Assembly (NCBI GenBank): GCA_964016885.1
Contig: OZ024763.1
Span: 13,888,001-13,952,000, forward strand
Direction of reading: 5' to 3'
Origin: Eledone cirrhosa
Lineage: Eukaryota
DNA length: 64,000 nt
The notes beneath the pieces are model-generated. The model did not search any database and had not been told where the DNA came from. It worked only from the letters and a program-made list of their open reading frames with translations. This document shows, piece by piece, positions 11,065-23,405 of the stretch. How positions within the stretch are numbered: the first letter of the stretch is position 1; each line of letters opens with the position of its first letter. Made by a program: the position numbers and the translations under genes.

Positions 11065-11872
11065 AGGTATGACAGTTGAAGAAGGCCACTGCAGATTATC
11101 GGGTTGTAGGATGAAATGAACCTTAGAGAAAGTAAGTGAAGATATATTTTCTGAAATTGCCAGAAGAATAAAAATCCCATGTCGACCCTTTTGAAGTATT
11201 GATAATGCTGAGAAAGGCATGAATGCCACAACATCTATTATGCTTGGAAATACAAGGTGGGTTTCTGAAAGCTCCAGAGGAATAAAATACAAGGTCGGTC
11301 GTTGGTAGTGCGAATAACATAGAAAAAGACATGAAGGCCACCACATCAAGTTTGCTTGGATATAGAAAAGTAGCTTTATAAATATAAATGTTCATAGTAC
11401 TTTTGTGGCAGTCTCTGTGGGCTAATGGTATGTGATAGAGACGGTGAAGATCCTGGTCTCTGGTTCAATCTCGACCAGGAACTACACTAACGTTTTTCAT
11501 TTTACTAGAGATAAAATAAAAAAACTTTTAATTTTTTCACTAAGACCCCTCTAGTCCTGGCCAAGATTGAACCCGACACCAGGATCTTCACCGTCTCCCA
11601 TACCTTCCACAAGGCCACCGAAACTTGCTACAAAAAGTGATTGAAAATTAATATTTATAAACCTACTTTACTATTTTCAAGCAAAATTGATGTGGTGGCG
11701 TTCATGCCTTACTCAATGTTATAAATACTAAAAGGGGTCGACTCTGTCTTTCATCCTCCTGGGTCTTTGATAAATTAAATCTTCACTTTGTTTCTTATCG
11801 CTCTACGGTTGATTTGAACCTACAATGTCCCCGTCTACAATAATATTTACTAACTTTAAATCTATCATACCT
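11065..11872. mobile_element. Fold-back element P4 (close paralogue of P3)
   Basis: Colinear with P3 at offset 3456. Confidence 0.85.
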
Positions 11873-12382
11873 GGTTGGTGTGTGTGTGTGTGTGTGTGTG
11901 TGAAATATTCCCACCTCGTACAATACGCCCGTAAATTGTTAAACCTGATTTCTATATAGATAATATATGTAGCAGTGTAAGATCTGAACCTACAATGATA
12001 TGTTTTGCAGTAATTTTACACAATTTCAACTAAATAGCGATATGTATATGTTTTTCGTTTCTTAAAAATAAAAGAAATTCTATATCCGCAGCTAAATATT
12101 GAACTCCTGACAGCACCACAAACTACATTAAATATTTAACTACCAAGTCTCACACGACTTTGTAACTAAATGATAAAATAATAACACCTAAATTTTTAAT
12201 TGATATTACTTCACCTTTTTGTGTTCTCATCTCGGTGAAAATCTGGCCCTGATTAATTTAACATTTTTATTTTTGGAGAGATAAAATATAGTACCAGTCA
12301 CATAGTGGGATCAATTTAACCGATCGAATTCTCACCGCAAATGTCTGACTTCTGCCTCAGTTACAAACAAAGAGAGTTTATC

Positions 12383-12413
<31 letters not shown>

Positions 12414-13569
12414 TAGTTAAAGTATGTGTTAGCAATAAATAAATGAAAAAAATTAAATAATGACAGTAAGACATTTTTATTCAGTAGTTTTATTTTTATT
12501 GTGATTTTCAATACATTAACTGTCCAGTGTTTTTGTTTCTGCTTATATTCTATTGCAAATGGCGGCTACGGCGAAACTGGATTACCAAGGTTTACTGGAT
12601 GTTGTCTTTTGCTTTGTGGATTACTTTACAAACTGGAGACATCAGGATATCTACCGCAATACCCGAGATAAACATAAGGTGTGTCTTTTACGCAATATTT
12701 CGTTTTACAGACATGTTCGACTTGATCAAATTTGACCTGTCTATGAGACAGAGATTCTATTTCAAAACAAACCACACAGACCAACCACGAATAATCTAAC
12801 ATTAGTTTTTCAAAAGATAATCCATCTTTAAAGAGAGACAAATATTTAAAAATTGACGTTCAAAGGAACACTCGATAGCAGAAAGAATCTCAGCCGCAAT
12901 TTAATGTCTGAAGTGAGACATTTTTCACGACATAAATATAGTTTAATGCCCCTCCTCTCACATCTGACTCGTTTTCTTAAAACTTACTTCTAATAATACA
13001 TATTTTATAGACATATACTTTCGAAGGTAAACATTATGTTTTTGTGTTGTGGTTTGTAATTTTTCAAGTAATTCGTAGTTTTAGAAATGACATTCCGATT
13101 ATGTAGAAAATCTATGACATTATTCTGATTGATATTATACTTTATCAACATGAGATTGGAAGACAGGCATAATTAACGAATTTTCAAGTTTATATTTAGC
13201 CGACTACAAACACAGTACGTAAGTTTTTAGTACACGAAATCTTTAACGAACATAACTACATACAATAATGAAAGTATTTGAAGTAAATTAATGAGTTTCA
13301 CCGACATTATCGTAATCTACATCATGGAAGACGGATCTCTGTATATTTTCATGTAAAATATATTCACCGTGAACAAATTCATGGAGTGACGACTAAACTG
13401 TAGTTATGTCCAAGCCAATTGATACCATTCTAAGTTAGTTGATATATTTTGAAGTATTGCGAGATTTACTGAGTTCTTTTCTTATTGCCATAGCATGATC
13501 AAATTCACTACAATGCTTTCTGCTCACTTTTACTCAGCATCACAAATATTATTTAATCTATTCATTCGT

Positions 13570-14207
13570 TCTTCATCTGTCATATATTTTTATCATCATT
13601 TACTGTTGTGTCGTCTACTCCATCATTTAAACTATTCCATTCACTAATATCTCTTTGAGAAATATATATTTTCTGATGTCTTTAGAGCATTGTATCTTAT
13701 AAACAGTATAATGGTATCCTCTTCTTAGATTTACATTTTCTTCCGTAATTTCAAGTCCTTCCATCATCTTAAATATTTCTATGTCTCCCCTTTGTTTTAT
13801 CTCCTCCCAAGTTGTAATTCCTAAGTTTTTACATCTTTATTCTCAAGACAGATTTCTTAATTCTTTTGTTTTATTTTTTGTTCTTCTCTGGATTCTTTCA
13901 ATATTTTCTGTCGTGCGTCCATGTCCCTACGGAATACTCTACGTGGTGTCGCTCATATCATTCATCGATAATTTAAAATTTGTTTGCATTTAGCTAGGTA
14001 AATTATTATTCCTATCGTCTCACTTGCTACTTTTTGCCTTTAACATGGTTAGCCACCTTTCAATTACAATATACATATTCGAAATATATTTTTTTGTGGG
14101 GTGGGGGAATAAGGGGTACTTTTCTACCCGAAAAAAAAAAAAACCGATGTAAAAAAAACAACAACAAAACCGTCTGCCCTTTCCTTAAAGGTACGAATAT
14201 AATAAAC

Positions 14208-14247
<40 letters not shown>

Positions 14248-14460
14248 TATACACACACTCCATGAACAAGGATAGCTGCATATTTACACTTCCCCCAATC
14301 ATTTTGTCTTGAAAATAAACATGTCTTAAAATCTATGTGTTCCATTTCAATTAATTTCTTATTTCGTGTTTCAGTACATTTGTTCTTAAAACTAAGGGGG
14401 TCTTACATCCCAAAAAATATTGTAAGATGTCTCCATAGATTGACATTCTCAATTTAATTC
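13570..14460 (-). mobile_element. More decayed CR1-type LINE fragment
   Basis: Aligns with 6340-7270 with more deletions. Confidence 0.55.
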
Positions 14461-14902
14461 TTTCTCTTGTGTATTGTTCTCTAATGGATAACATATGTAT
14501 GTTGTTCATTAGAGGTAGAAGTAACACGACCTTCCCTCATCGCTGCACAGATCTAACTGGCAGTGTGTTTAGCATGAGTGCTGGTAAGTATTCGACAACT
14601 GTGAACATCAGCTGTGAAGTCAGAACAAACTGCCTTTATATAGGGTGTTAATTGGAAAGACTAAACAGTGAGATAAAGTGACGAGGTTCAATTTCTACCA
14701 AGAATTACACAAGGTTATTTTAAACCAGAAATTATTATGTTGTTGCTGTAAATGTGTAGTCAGGGTTTCAATCCTTAGCAGGGTTTGTAGAGTTACATTT
14801 ATGTAATTATTAACAAATAAAAACAGATTTATATAGCGATGTTGTACGTTCAAATAAAACACACACACATATATATATAAATAAATATTTATATGTTATA
14901 TT

Positions 14903-15090
14903 ATTTCTAATTTTGGCACAAGGCCAGCAATTATCCCAGTGTATTACTGGTACTTTATTTTATTGACCCTGTAAAGATGAAAGGCAAAGTTAACCTCGGC
15001 GGGATTTGAACTCAGAATGGCAAGGGCCGTAACTCTATGCTGGGAAGCATAGCGTTTGAACCTCTACCGATTCTGCTAATACACCGCCCC
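14903..15090 (-). mobile_element. Full-length tRNA-derived SINE
   Basis: Reverse complement of the copies at 32,947 and 34,710; B-box GAGTTCAAATCC, core GCCTTTCATC...GGGTCAATAAAATAAAGTACCAG, tail GCTGGCCTTGTGCCAAA. Confidence 0.9.
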
Positions 15091-15131
15091 TGCCAAGACA
15101 CCGCCCTATGTAGTGTTAATAAGACGGAACC

Positions 15132-15578
15132 AGCATGAATGTAACCACATCTATTTAGCTTGCTAATAGAAAGTAGTTTCATATATATTAAATTTCAATT
15201 AGTTCTGTAGCTGTTATTGTTACGGTGGCCTAGTGGGGGTTATTAGAGACGGTGGAGGACCTGGTTTGGTTTTCAATGAAGACATACATTAAGGGGGTCT
15301 TACTTTTCCATTTTATAAGAGAAAAAAATGTAAGATTTAGTGAGATTATATCCTGATTCAGATCGAACTCACGACCAGGAACGGATTCACCTCTAATACA
15401 TACCACTGGGTCACCAAAACGGATGTAAAACCTCACTGAAAATGAATATATATCAACCTACTTTCAATATGGAACCAATATTGTTGCAGATGTTCGGTTT
15501 TCTCTTAGCTTTCATAAATTGAATGTTGAATTAGCTTCTCATCGATATAGGGAAGATTGGAACATTCAATAATTCCGT
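15132..15578. mobile_element. Truncated, diverged fold-back element P5
   Basis: GTGGCCTAGTGG...GAGACGGTGGAGG on + and GATCGAACTC...CACCTCTAATACATACCACTGG as the mirrored arm. Confidence 0.65.
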
Positions 15579-15594
15579 ATATATATATATACAT

Positions 15595-15629
<35 letters not shown>

Positions 15630-15631
<2 letters not shown>

Positions 15632-15800
15632 AAACAAAGAAATAAGTCACCAAGTTCAACAGTTTATAAATTATTTATTTCATCAACACTTGTTTCATTG
15701 CTATTACATGTTACACATCTTTAGAAAGACATCGTCAGGAACAATTCTAAACATAACATTGGAAGTCTGCAATATAAAATAAATCAATTTTGAGGTTGAA
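15630..15800 (-). mobile_element. Penelope-like pseudo-LTR remnant with hammerhead-like core, inserted in (TA)n
   Basis: Minus strand: CTGACGA-36 nt-GAAACAAGT...AAATAAAT...tail, then (TA)n. Confidence 0.5.
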
Positions 15801-16107
15801 TATATATTTCAATGCCATATTGTTGTTTTATCAACTGATAGAATTTTCAACACGTAATATATATATATATATATATACGTAAGCATGTATGTTTATATAT
15901 ATATATATATGTATGTGTTTATATATATGTGTGTATATATATATACATGTGCGTGTATATGGCAATAGGGAGCAAGAGTAACACACTATTGAACTCCCGA
16001 ACTAGGGTGCCACAGTATGGCACTTTAAAGCTTCAGTGCTGCACTATGGTATTTAGTAGATTTAACTAAACTTAGTACTGACTTAGTACTGAGTTAGTAG
16101 AGTTAAA

Positions 16108-16275
16108 AGCGAATACAAGCAGCCAAAATGGGGTTCCTCGAAAGGGTCTTTGGAGTAACGTTACTTGATAAAGTGTGTAGCTCAGAGAGTCACTCCTGGC
16201 AGAGCTGCTACTTCTCCCAACTGAGAGATCACAGCTCTGATACTATGGACATGTGGTTAGAATGTCTCAGGAAAG
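16108..16275 (+). mobile_element. RTE-clade LINE fragment (post-RT region, frameshifted)
   Basis: [26 protein letters not shown] and, in a shifted frame, [16 protein letters not shown], matching the RTE 'EM.FLR...G.T..D....E / RLRW.GHV.RM' motifs. Confidence 0.75.
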
Positions 16276-16277
16276 AA

Positions 16278-16544
16278 TATGTATATATATATATATGTAT
16301 ATATTTATGTATGTATGTATATATATATGTCGACATATATATGTATATATATCTATGTATATATGTCTACATATACATACATATACATAGATATATATAT
16401 ATACATAGATATATATATATACATAGATATAGATATATACATAGATATAGATATAGATATATATATATATAGATATATATATATATATATCGATATATAT
16501 ATATATATATCGATATATATATATATATATATATCGATATATAT

Positions 16545-16576
<32 letters not shown>

Positions 16577-16811
16577 TGATATATATATATATATATTATA
16601 TTATATATATATATATTATATATATAGATATAGATATATAGATATATAAATAGATATATATATAGATATATATATAGATATATATATAGATATATATATA
16701 GATATATATATAGATATATATATAGATATATATATATAGATAGATATATAGATATATATATAGATATATATAGATATATATATATATAGATATATATATA
16801 TATATATACAT

Positions 16812-16846
<35 letters not shown>

Positions 16847-16920
16847 GATATATATATATATATACATAGATATATATATATATGCATAGATATATGTATG
16901 TATGTATATATATATAGACA
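16278..16920. repeat. Compound (TA)n/(TAGA) microsatellite (copy 2: ~53,007-53,692)
   Basis: Seen directly. Confidence 0.97.
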
Positions 16921-16943
16921 TATGACCGTGAAATATGTGTGAG

Positions 16944-19900
16944 GTAAAGTAAATCTAGACTTTATTTCTCATTGCTCTAGGCTTGATTTGAACCTACAAC
17001 AACTCCGTCTGCAATAATGTCATACCTCATTCCAGCGTAAATTGTTAAACGTGGTTCCTATATATATACATGCAAGTAAGATTTGAACCTACAATGCTGT
17101 GCTTAATTCCTATTAATAAATGTGTTTTATAAAAGAAAGTAAAGAAACAATTTAATGAAAGTAAAATATTTATTTTATTCAGGAATTTATTTTTTTATTT
17201 TATGTATTCACTTCATTAACTGCTGAATAGTTCTGTTTTTGTTTGTTCTTACCATTGTTTACTGTAAACGGTGAGTGTGACGAGACTGGATTATTACAAA
17301 GTTTTACTGGATGATGGCATTTTCTTATTGTATTATTTTGTTGTCAGTGGACATCTCTCTAAATACCTGGAATAAACATATGGTGTGTCTTTTACGTAAC
17401 ATTTCATTTAATATCTGATGTTCCAATGGATTACTTTTAAAATAAAACCAATAAACAGGACAGGTAGACTCCAACAAAAGAGACCAGAGATGAGGTACGA
17501 ATAATTTAAAATTAATTTTAAAAAGAAGACTGTGTTTAAAGAAAGACAAACAATCACATCCATAATTTAATATCTGAAGATCAACATTTTTCACGATATA
17601 AATATGTAAAGTTAAGTGACCTCTCATTTAGTTGCTCCAACTTTATTTTACTAATCTATTCTGTAGACTTATATTTTCGTTGGTGTACATTACGATTTCG
17701 TTGATGAAATTTTCTTTCGTCTTTAGATCTCTATTTTACTTCTGGAATACTGTATTAACAATTATATCACTCGTCTTTAGATCTTTATTTCTTATAAAAG
17801 TTATAATACTCACCTCTTCCCATATATATATATATATTTGTAAAAAGGAAAAGAATGACTTGACTTGTAGTTCTAAACAATTTGATTTAGAAGTACAAAT
17901 GAAGTCATTCTTTTCCTTTTTTCAAATATACCTGACTGTACCAAGGATTTCACACACACACACACATACTTCTACCTGGAGTTTCGACCGATAGATAGTA
18001 TTAGCAATTAGAAAGACCATTTTCATTTATATATACCCATATATTCATATTTACTCACTTCTATGTAAATATACATACATATATATTAAAAGCACATACC
18101 ATATACCATCATGATAACGATTGACTAATCATCAGGACACATGCTTGCTCATGTAAAAATTCTCAGAGACACTTACGAAAACCGAATTTGCAACGCCAGG
18201 TACACTTACATACATACATATATGTACGTACATCACATATAGAACAGGTATGACTTATATAGGTACATCAAAGTTTAGGTTTCGCTATTGTACCATTCGA
18301 GGTAGTTAGAAACAAGTACCAGTGTATTACTAGGGTCGATTCTTCTATATCTTTCTCTCACTCTCTGTAAGAGATCTGGGGGTGGAGATGGGATCTGTCA
18401 ACTTTTACAAAGTACCCTAGACACCCTGAATGTCAATGTGGGCCCTCTAGAACTCCCTCACAAGTTATAGGTCGCTACATACATGTATAGCAACATCAGA
18501 CAGATTCTTTAGATCTCTTTTACTCGATGATGCAAGACAAGTTTTCAGTGAGTCAGAAAGGAATATTTGTGATATGAAGGGAGAACCTCTCTGAATAAAT
18601 ATTAGATAGTTAAGATGCTACGTAAAGCAGGCGGTGACAACATCGAGGACCAGATGTGCCATGTGGAAATAGACATCGACATATAAATATACAAAGATGG
18701 GGGGGGGGGGACCTTATTATCATAGACAATTGGGCTTATGAACACACACACACACACATATTTATATACATACATATGTGTGTGTGGCTTCTGCAGGACT
18801 AGAACGGTTTCATTCGAAAGAAATCAAGGGCTTTCCTGATGGGTTTTTTCCCGAATGAAACAGTTCTAGTCCCGTAGAAGACATTTCTATATGAAATATT
18901 TATACTCTGATATATATATTGAGTACCTTACTTACTGTGGCGTTCATGCCTTTCTTAGTGTTGCTGTTATTAGAAAGGGTCGACTTTGTCTTTCATAATT
19001 CAGGCTCTTTCATGAAGTAAATATTCATTTTATTTCTTAACGCCCTAGTGTTGATTTGAACCTACAATTACTTCGTCTGCAATAATGTTCACTAATTTCA
19101 AATCTGCCATACCTAAATCCTGTGTGCGACTTACAAATAAATTGCTAAACGTCACTTTTATCAATGTAAGATTGGAACCTACAGTGATGTGCTTTGCAGT
19201 AATGTCCCGTAACTCCAACTCGATTGAGCTAAGCTTGTATATTTCTTTCGTCCGAATAACATAATGGTTTCGATCCCAGTTCGCTACTGGTACAAGAAAT
19301 AATTTAAAGAAATTCTATATCCCCAGCTAAATATTGAACTCCTAACGACATTTTATGTTACTTAATACCAATAACCCTGTTACACACTGAACATCTAAGC
19401 CCTGAACACACATTTATAACTCAATTTCTAATTTTTAAATGATATTACACCACCTTTGTGTTCTCGGTGGATATTAATTTACAATTTTATAGCAGAAAAA
19501 TAGAGTACCAGTCATTTTTATAGGTTCAATTTAATCGATCGGCTTCTCCCCGTCAATCACTTGACAAACAAAGACACACAAACAGTATATATATATATAT
19601 GATACGACAAATTTGAAATAAATTATTGAATGTAAGAAATTATAATTATTTAGTAATAATATTGTTATTGTTTGTTTTCACTGCATTAACTGCTGAGTGT
19701 GACTTTTATTTTTCTTACTATTTTCTACCGTAAATTGCGGCTGAGACGTTATTGGAGTATTACTAAAGTTTACTGGATGATGGCGTTTCCTTATTGCATT
19801 ATTTTACAAACAGTGGACATCGGAATATCCCTCTATATACCTGGGATAAATGTAAGGAGCATTGTTATGTTATACATAGAAATATAAGAAGAGATGACCA

Positions 19901-20160
19901 TTGTACTATCATGTCACTCGTTAGAATTACAACTTTGGAGGAGATTAATCAAAGTGTTTATCCTTGGTATAGTGAACTAATGTTGATATTTTCAAGTCTT
20001 GACATTTATATGGAATAGTGTACTAATATTTAAATAGTCTTTATATTTTTATCCTAAGATTTTAGATTTTTCAGCATTTAGTTAAGAAAAAGAACGTTTT
20101 ATTATTTCCATCATCCGTCTCGCCATCTTCCAATTCTTACATATTCACAATTCTTCTGAG
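16944..20160 (+). repeat. Diverged, deleted paralogue of block ~815-6020 (P1 right arm, B, D, P2 right arm, B, CR1)
   Basis: 16,944 aligns to ~814; the deletion junction at ~18,938 joins the equivalents of 3252 and 4389. Confidence 0.9.
17833..17930. mobile_element. ~100 bp palindromic hairpin insertion
   Basis: AAAAAGGAAAAGAATGACTT...AAGTCATTCTTTTCCTTTTT, flanked by TA/CA repeats; absent from the paralogue at ~1750-2150. Confidence 0.7.
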
Positions 20161-20693
20161 AGAAACACGAGAGAGTGAGGAGAAATGAGACAGAGATGGG
20201 GGAGAGACGGGAAGGAGAGAAGAGAGAAACAAGAGAGAGAGAGAGGGAGGAGGAAGGAGAGATGAGAGAAACAAGAGGGTAAGAAGGGAGAGAGGGCAGA
20301 GAGGAGAGAGAGGGCAGGGGGGAGGGAGAGAGAGAGGAAGGAGAGAGGATAGAGGGATAGAAACAAGAGAGGGAGGAGAGTGAGAGGAGTGAGAGAAAGG
20401 AGAGAGGGGAGGGAGAGAGGGGAGGGAGAAAGGAGAGAGGGGAGGGAGAAAGGAGAGAGGGGAGGGAGAAAGGAGAGAGGGGGGGGAGAAAGGAGAGAGA
20501 GGAGGGAGAGAGGGGATGGAGAAAGGAGAGGGAGAAAGGAGAGAGAAAGGAGGGAAGAGGAGAGAAACGAGAGAGGCTAGGATGGAGAGAGAGATGGAGA
20601 GAAAGGGAGAGAGAGATGGAGAGAGGAAGGAAGGGAGAGAGAGAGATAGAAAGGGAGAGAGAGAGAATGGAGAGAGAGAGGGGTAGGGGATTG

Positions 20694-20722
<29 letters not shown>
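20160..20722 (+). repeat. Polypurine (GA-rich) tract (copy 2: ~56,930-57,495)
   Basis: Almost pure A/G on the + strand. Confidence 0.95.
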
Positions 20723-20724
<2 letters not shown>

Positions 20725-21549
20725 CCGTGGTGTAGTGCAGTCTTGTACGGTGTGCCTGTCTGCCTGTCTTGGCCCTAAAATATATCCTATATATATTCTC
20801 TTCTAGTTTGCCAACATATTCCAAGCAGGGTCACGTGGTGGTAACTCGTCTAACTTGCCTTCCAGCAGGTCCTGCCTGAAACATTATATATTATATATAT
20901 TATATATATTATTTAAATATATATTGTATATTATAATAAATATTATATACACAATATACATTATATATATTCTATTATAATGTAATATATGGTATGTATA
21001 TTATATAGAATATATTATATATACTGGCAAATATGAAAGTCTCTAAGAGGTGACAGTTGAGAGAAGGAAACCGCCAGAAACTGGTCTCTGGTGGCACGTG
21101 GTAATGTTTCTATAGCAACAGTGGTTCTCTTGGACTTACCAAAGTAAGTGGAGAGGGGAAGGTAATATTTCTGTAACCTCAACCACTTCTCTCTCTCTCT
21201 CTCTCTCTCTATAGAAATACAACGGGGAAGGGGAGGGTGATTTTTCTATGACACAATTACTCTCTCTCTCTCCCCCTCTCCCTCACTGAAGATATAGAAG
21301 TGGAAAGGGGAATGTAATGTTACTACAACGTCTGTGACACTAGGTGGCGATTCGACCGCAAGTTCTGCCAGTTTTAGCTTCTTACTTAGCTGAGCACCAG
21401 CCAGTTAGTTGAACCACGTAACAGAGCACACATACATTTCTCTCTCAGTGTGTGCGTGTGCGACAAGGAACCATATGGAACAGAACGCACCAGAGTACTC
21501 AATACTAGTAGAGTAGGTAATAGGAAAAAAGTATATATATATGACGGCG

Positions 21550-22817
21550 AGGTGAGGAGAGGGATGGATGGATGGATGGAGAGAGAGAGAGAGAGGAATA
21601 GAGAGAGAGAGATGCATGGAGAGGAAGAGAGAGAGAGGGATGGATGGAGAGAGAGAGGGATGGATGGAGAGAGAGGGGGATGGATGGAGAGGAAGAGAGA
21701 GGGATATATAGAGAGAGGCATGGAAGGAGAGAGAGGGAGAGAGGGATGGATGGAGAGTGAGAGGGATGGAGAGAGAGAGGGATGGAAGGAGAGAGGGAGA
21801 GGGAGAGAGAGGGGGATGGAGAGAGAGGGGTGGAAGGAGAGAGAGGGGTGGAAGGAGGGAGAGGGATAGATGGAGAGATGTATAGAGAGAGGGATGGAGA
21901 GGGAAGGAGAGAGAGGAATTGAAGGAGAGAGAGGGATGTATGGAGAGAGAGAGGGATAGAGAGAGAAGGATGGATGGAGAGAGAGAAGGATGGATGGAGA
22001 GAGAGAGAGCCGGATGGATAGAGAGAGGGATGTATGGAGAGAGAGAGGGGGATGGATGAAGAGAGAGAGAGGGATGGATGGAGAGAGATATATATATAGA
22101 GAGTGAGAGGGATGGAAGGAGAGTGAGAGGGATGGAAGGAGAGAGTGAGGGATGGCAGGAGAGAGTGAGAGAGAGGGATGGAAGGAGAGAGAGAGGGATG
22201 CATGGAGAGAGAGAGAGAGGGATGCATGGAGAGAGAGGGAGTAGGGATGGATGGATAGAGAGAGGAATGGAAGGAGAGATATATATATAGAGAGTGAGAG
22301 GCAGGGATGGATGTAGAGATGGAAGGATGTAGAGATGGAAGGAGAGAGAGAGGGATGGAAGGAGAGAGAGAGGGATGGAAGGAGAGGGAGGGAGGGCTGG
22401 AGAGAGAGAGAGAGGGGGATGGAAGGTGAGAGAGAGAGAGAGGGGGGAAAGGGATGGAAGGAGAGAGAGTAGGGATGGATGGATAGAGAGGAATGGAAGG
22501 AGAGAGGGGGATGAATGGAGAGAGGGAAGGATGGATAGAGAGAGGAAGAGGGATGGAGAGAGAGGGGGTAGGAGAGAGAGGGGGTAGGGATGGATGGATA
22601 GAGAGAGGAATGGAAGGAGAGAGAGAGGGGGATGGATGGAGAGAGAGGAATGGATGGAGAGAGAGGGATGGAAGGAGAGAGAGAGAGAGAGAGAGGTGGA
22701 TGGATAGAGAGAGAGGTGGATGGATAGAGAGAGGAATGGAAGGATGGATGGAGAGAGAGGGAGTAGGGATGGATGGATAGAGAGAGGAATGGAAGGAGAG
22801 AGAGAGAGGGATGGATG

Positions 22818-22848
<31 letters not shown>

Positions 22849-23215
22849 GGATGGAAGGAGAGAGAGAGAGAGGGGGATGGATAGAGAGAGAGAGGGAGAG
22901 GGATGGAGAGAGGGAGAGAGAGGGAGAGGGATGGAGAGAGGGAGAGAGAGGGATGGAAGGAGAGAGGGAGAGGGGGTAGGAGAGAGAGGGGGATGGAAGG
23001 AGAGAGAAAGAGAGAGAGGGATGGAGAGAGAGGGGGTAGGGGTGGATGGATAGAGAGAGAGGGATGGATGTAGAGAGAGAGAGAGGGATGGATAGAGAGA
23101 GAGAGAGGGATGGATAGAGAGAGGGAGATGGAAGGAGAGAGAGAGAGAGAGATGGAAGGAGAGAGAGGGAGGAAAGGGATGGAAGGAGAGAGAGAGAGAG
23201 AGAGAGAGGGATGGA

Positions 23216-23249
<34 letters not shown>

Positions 23250-23355
23250 TGGAAGGAGAGAGAGAGAGAGAGAGAGAGAGGGATGGAAGGAGAGAGAGAG
23301 AGAGAGAGAGAGAGGGATGGAAGGAGAGAGAGAGAGAGAGAGAGAGAGGGATGGA

Positions 23356-23405
<50 letters not shown>

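Larger units (their letters stand above)
6110..14900 (+). repeat. Older internal tandem array, period ~3.46 kb (about 2.5 diverged units: CR1 fragment, block G, fold-back element, block B)
   Basis: Homologous ORFs at 7578 and 11,034 (offset 3456) and at 9099 and 12,559; a third partial unit lies at 13,320-14,900. Confidence 0.9.

Noticed and set aside
16267-16921. Y/I-rich ORFs here and at ~53 kb, ~29.3 kb and ~14.1 kb
   Set aside because: Translations of (TA)n microsatellites.
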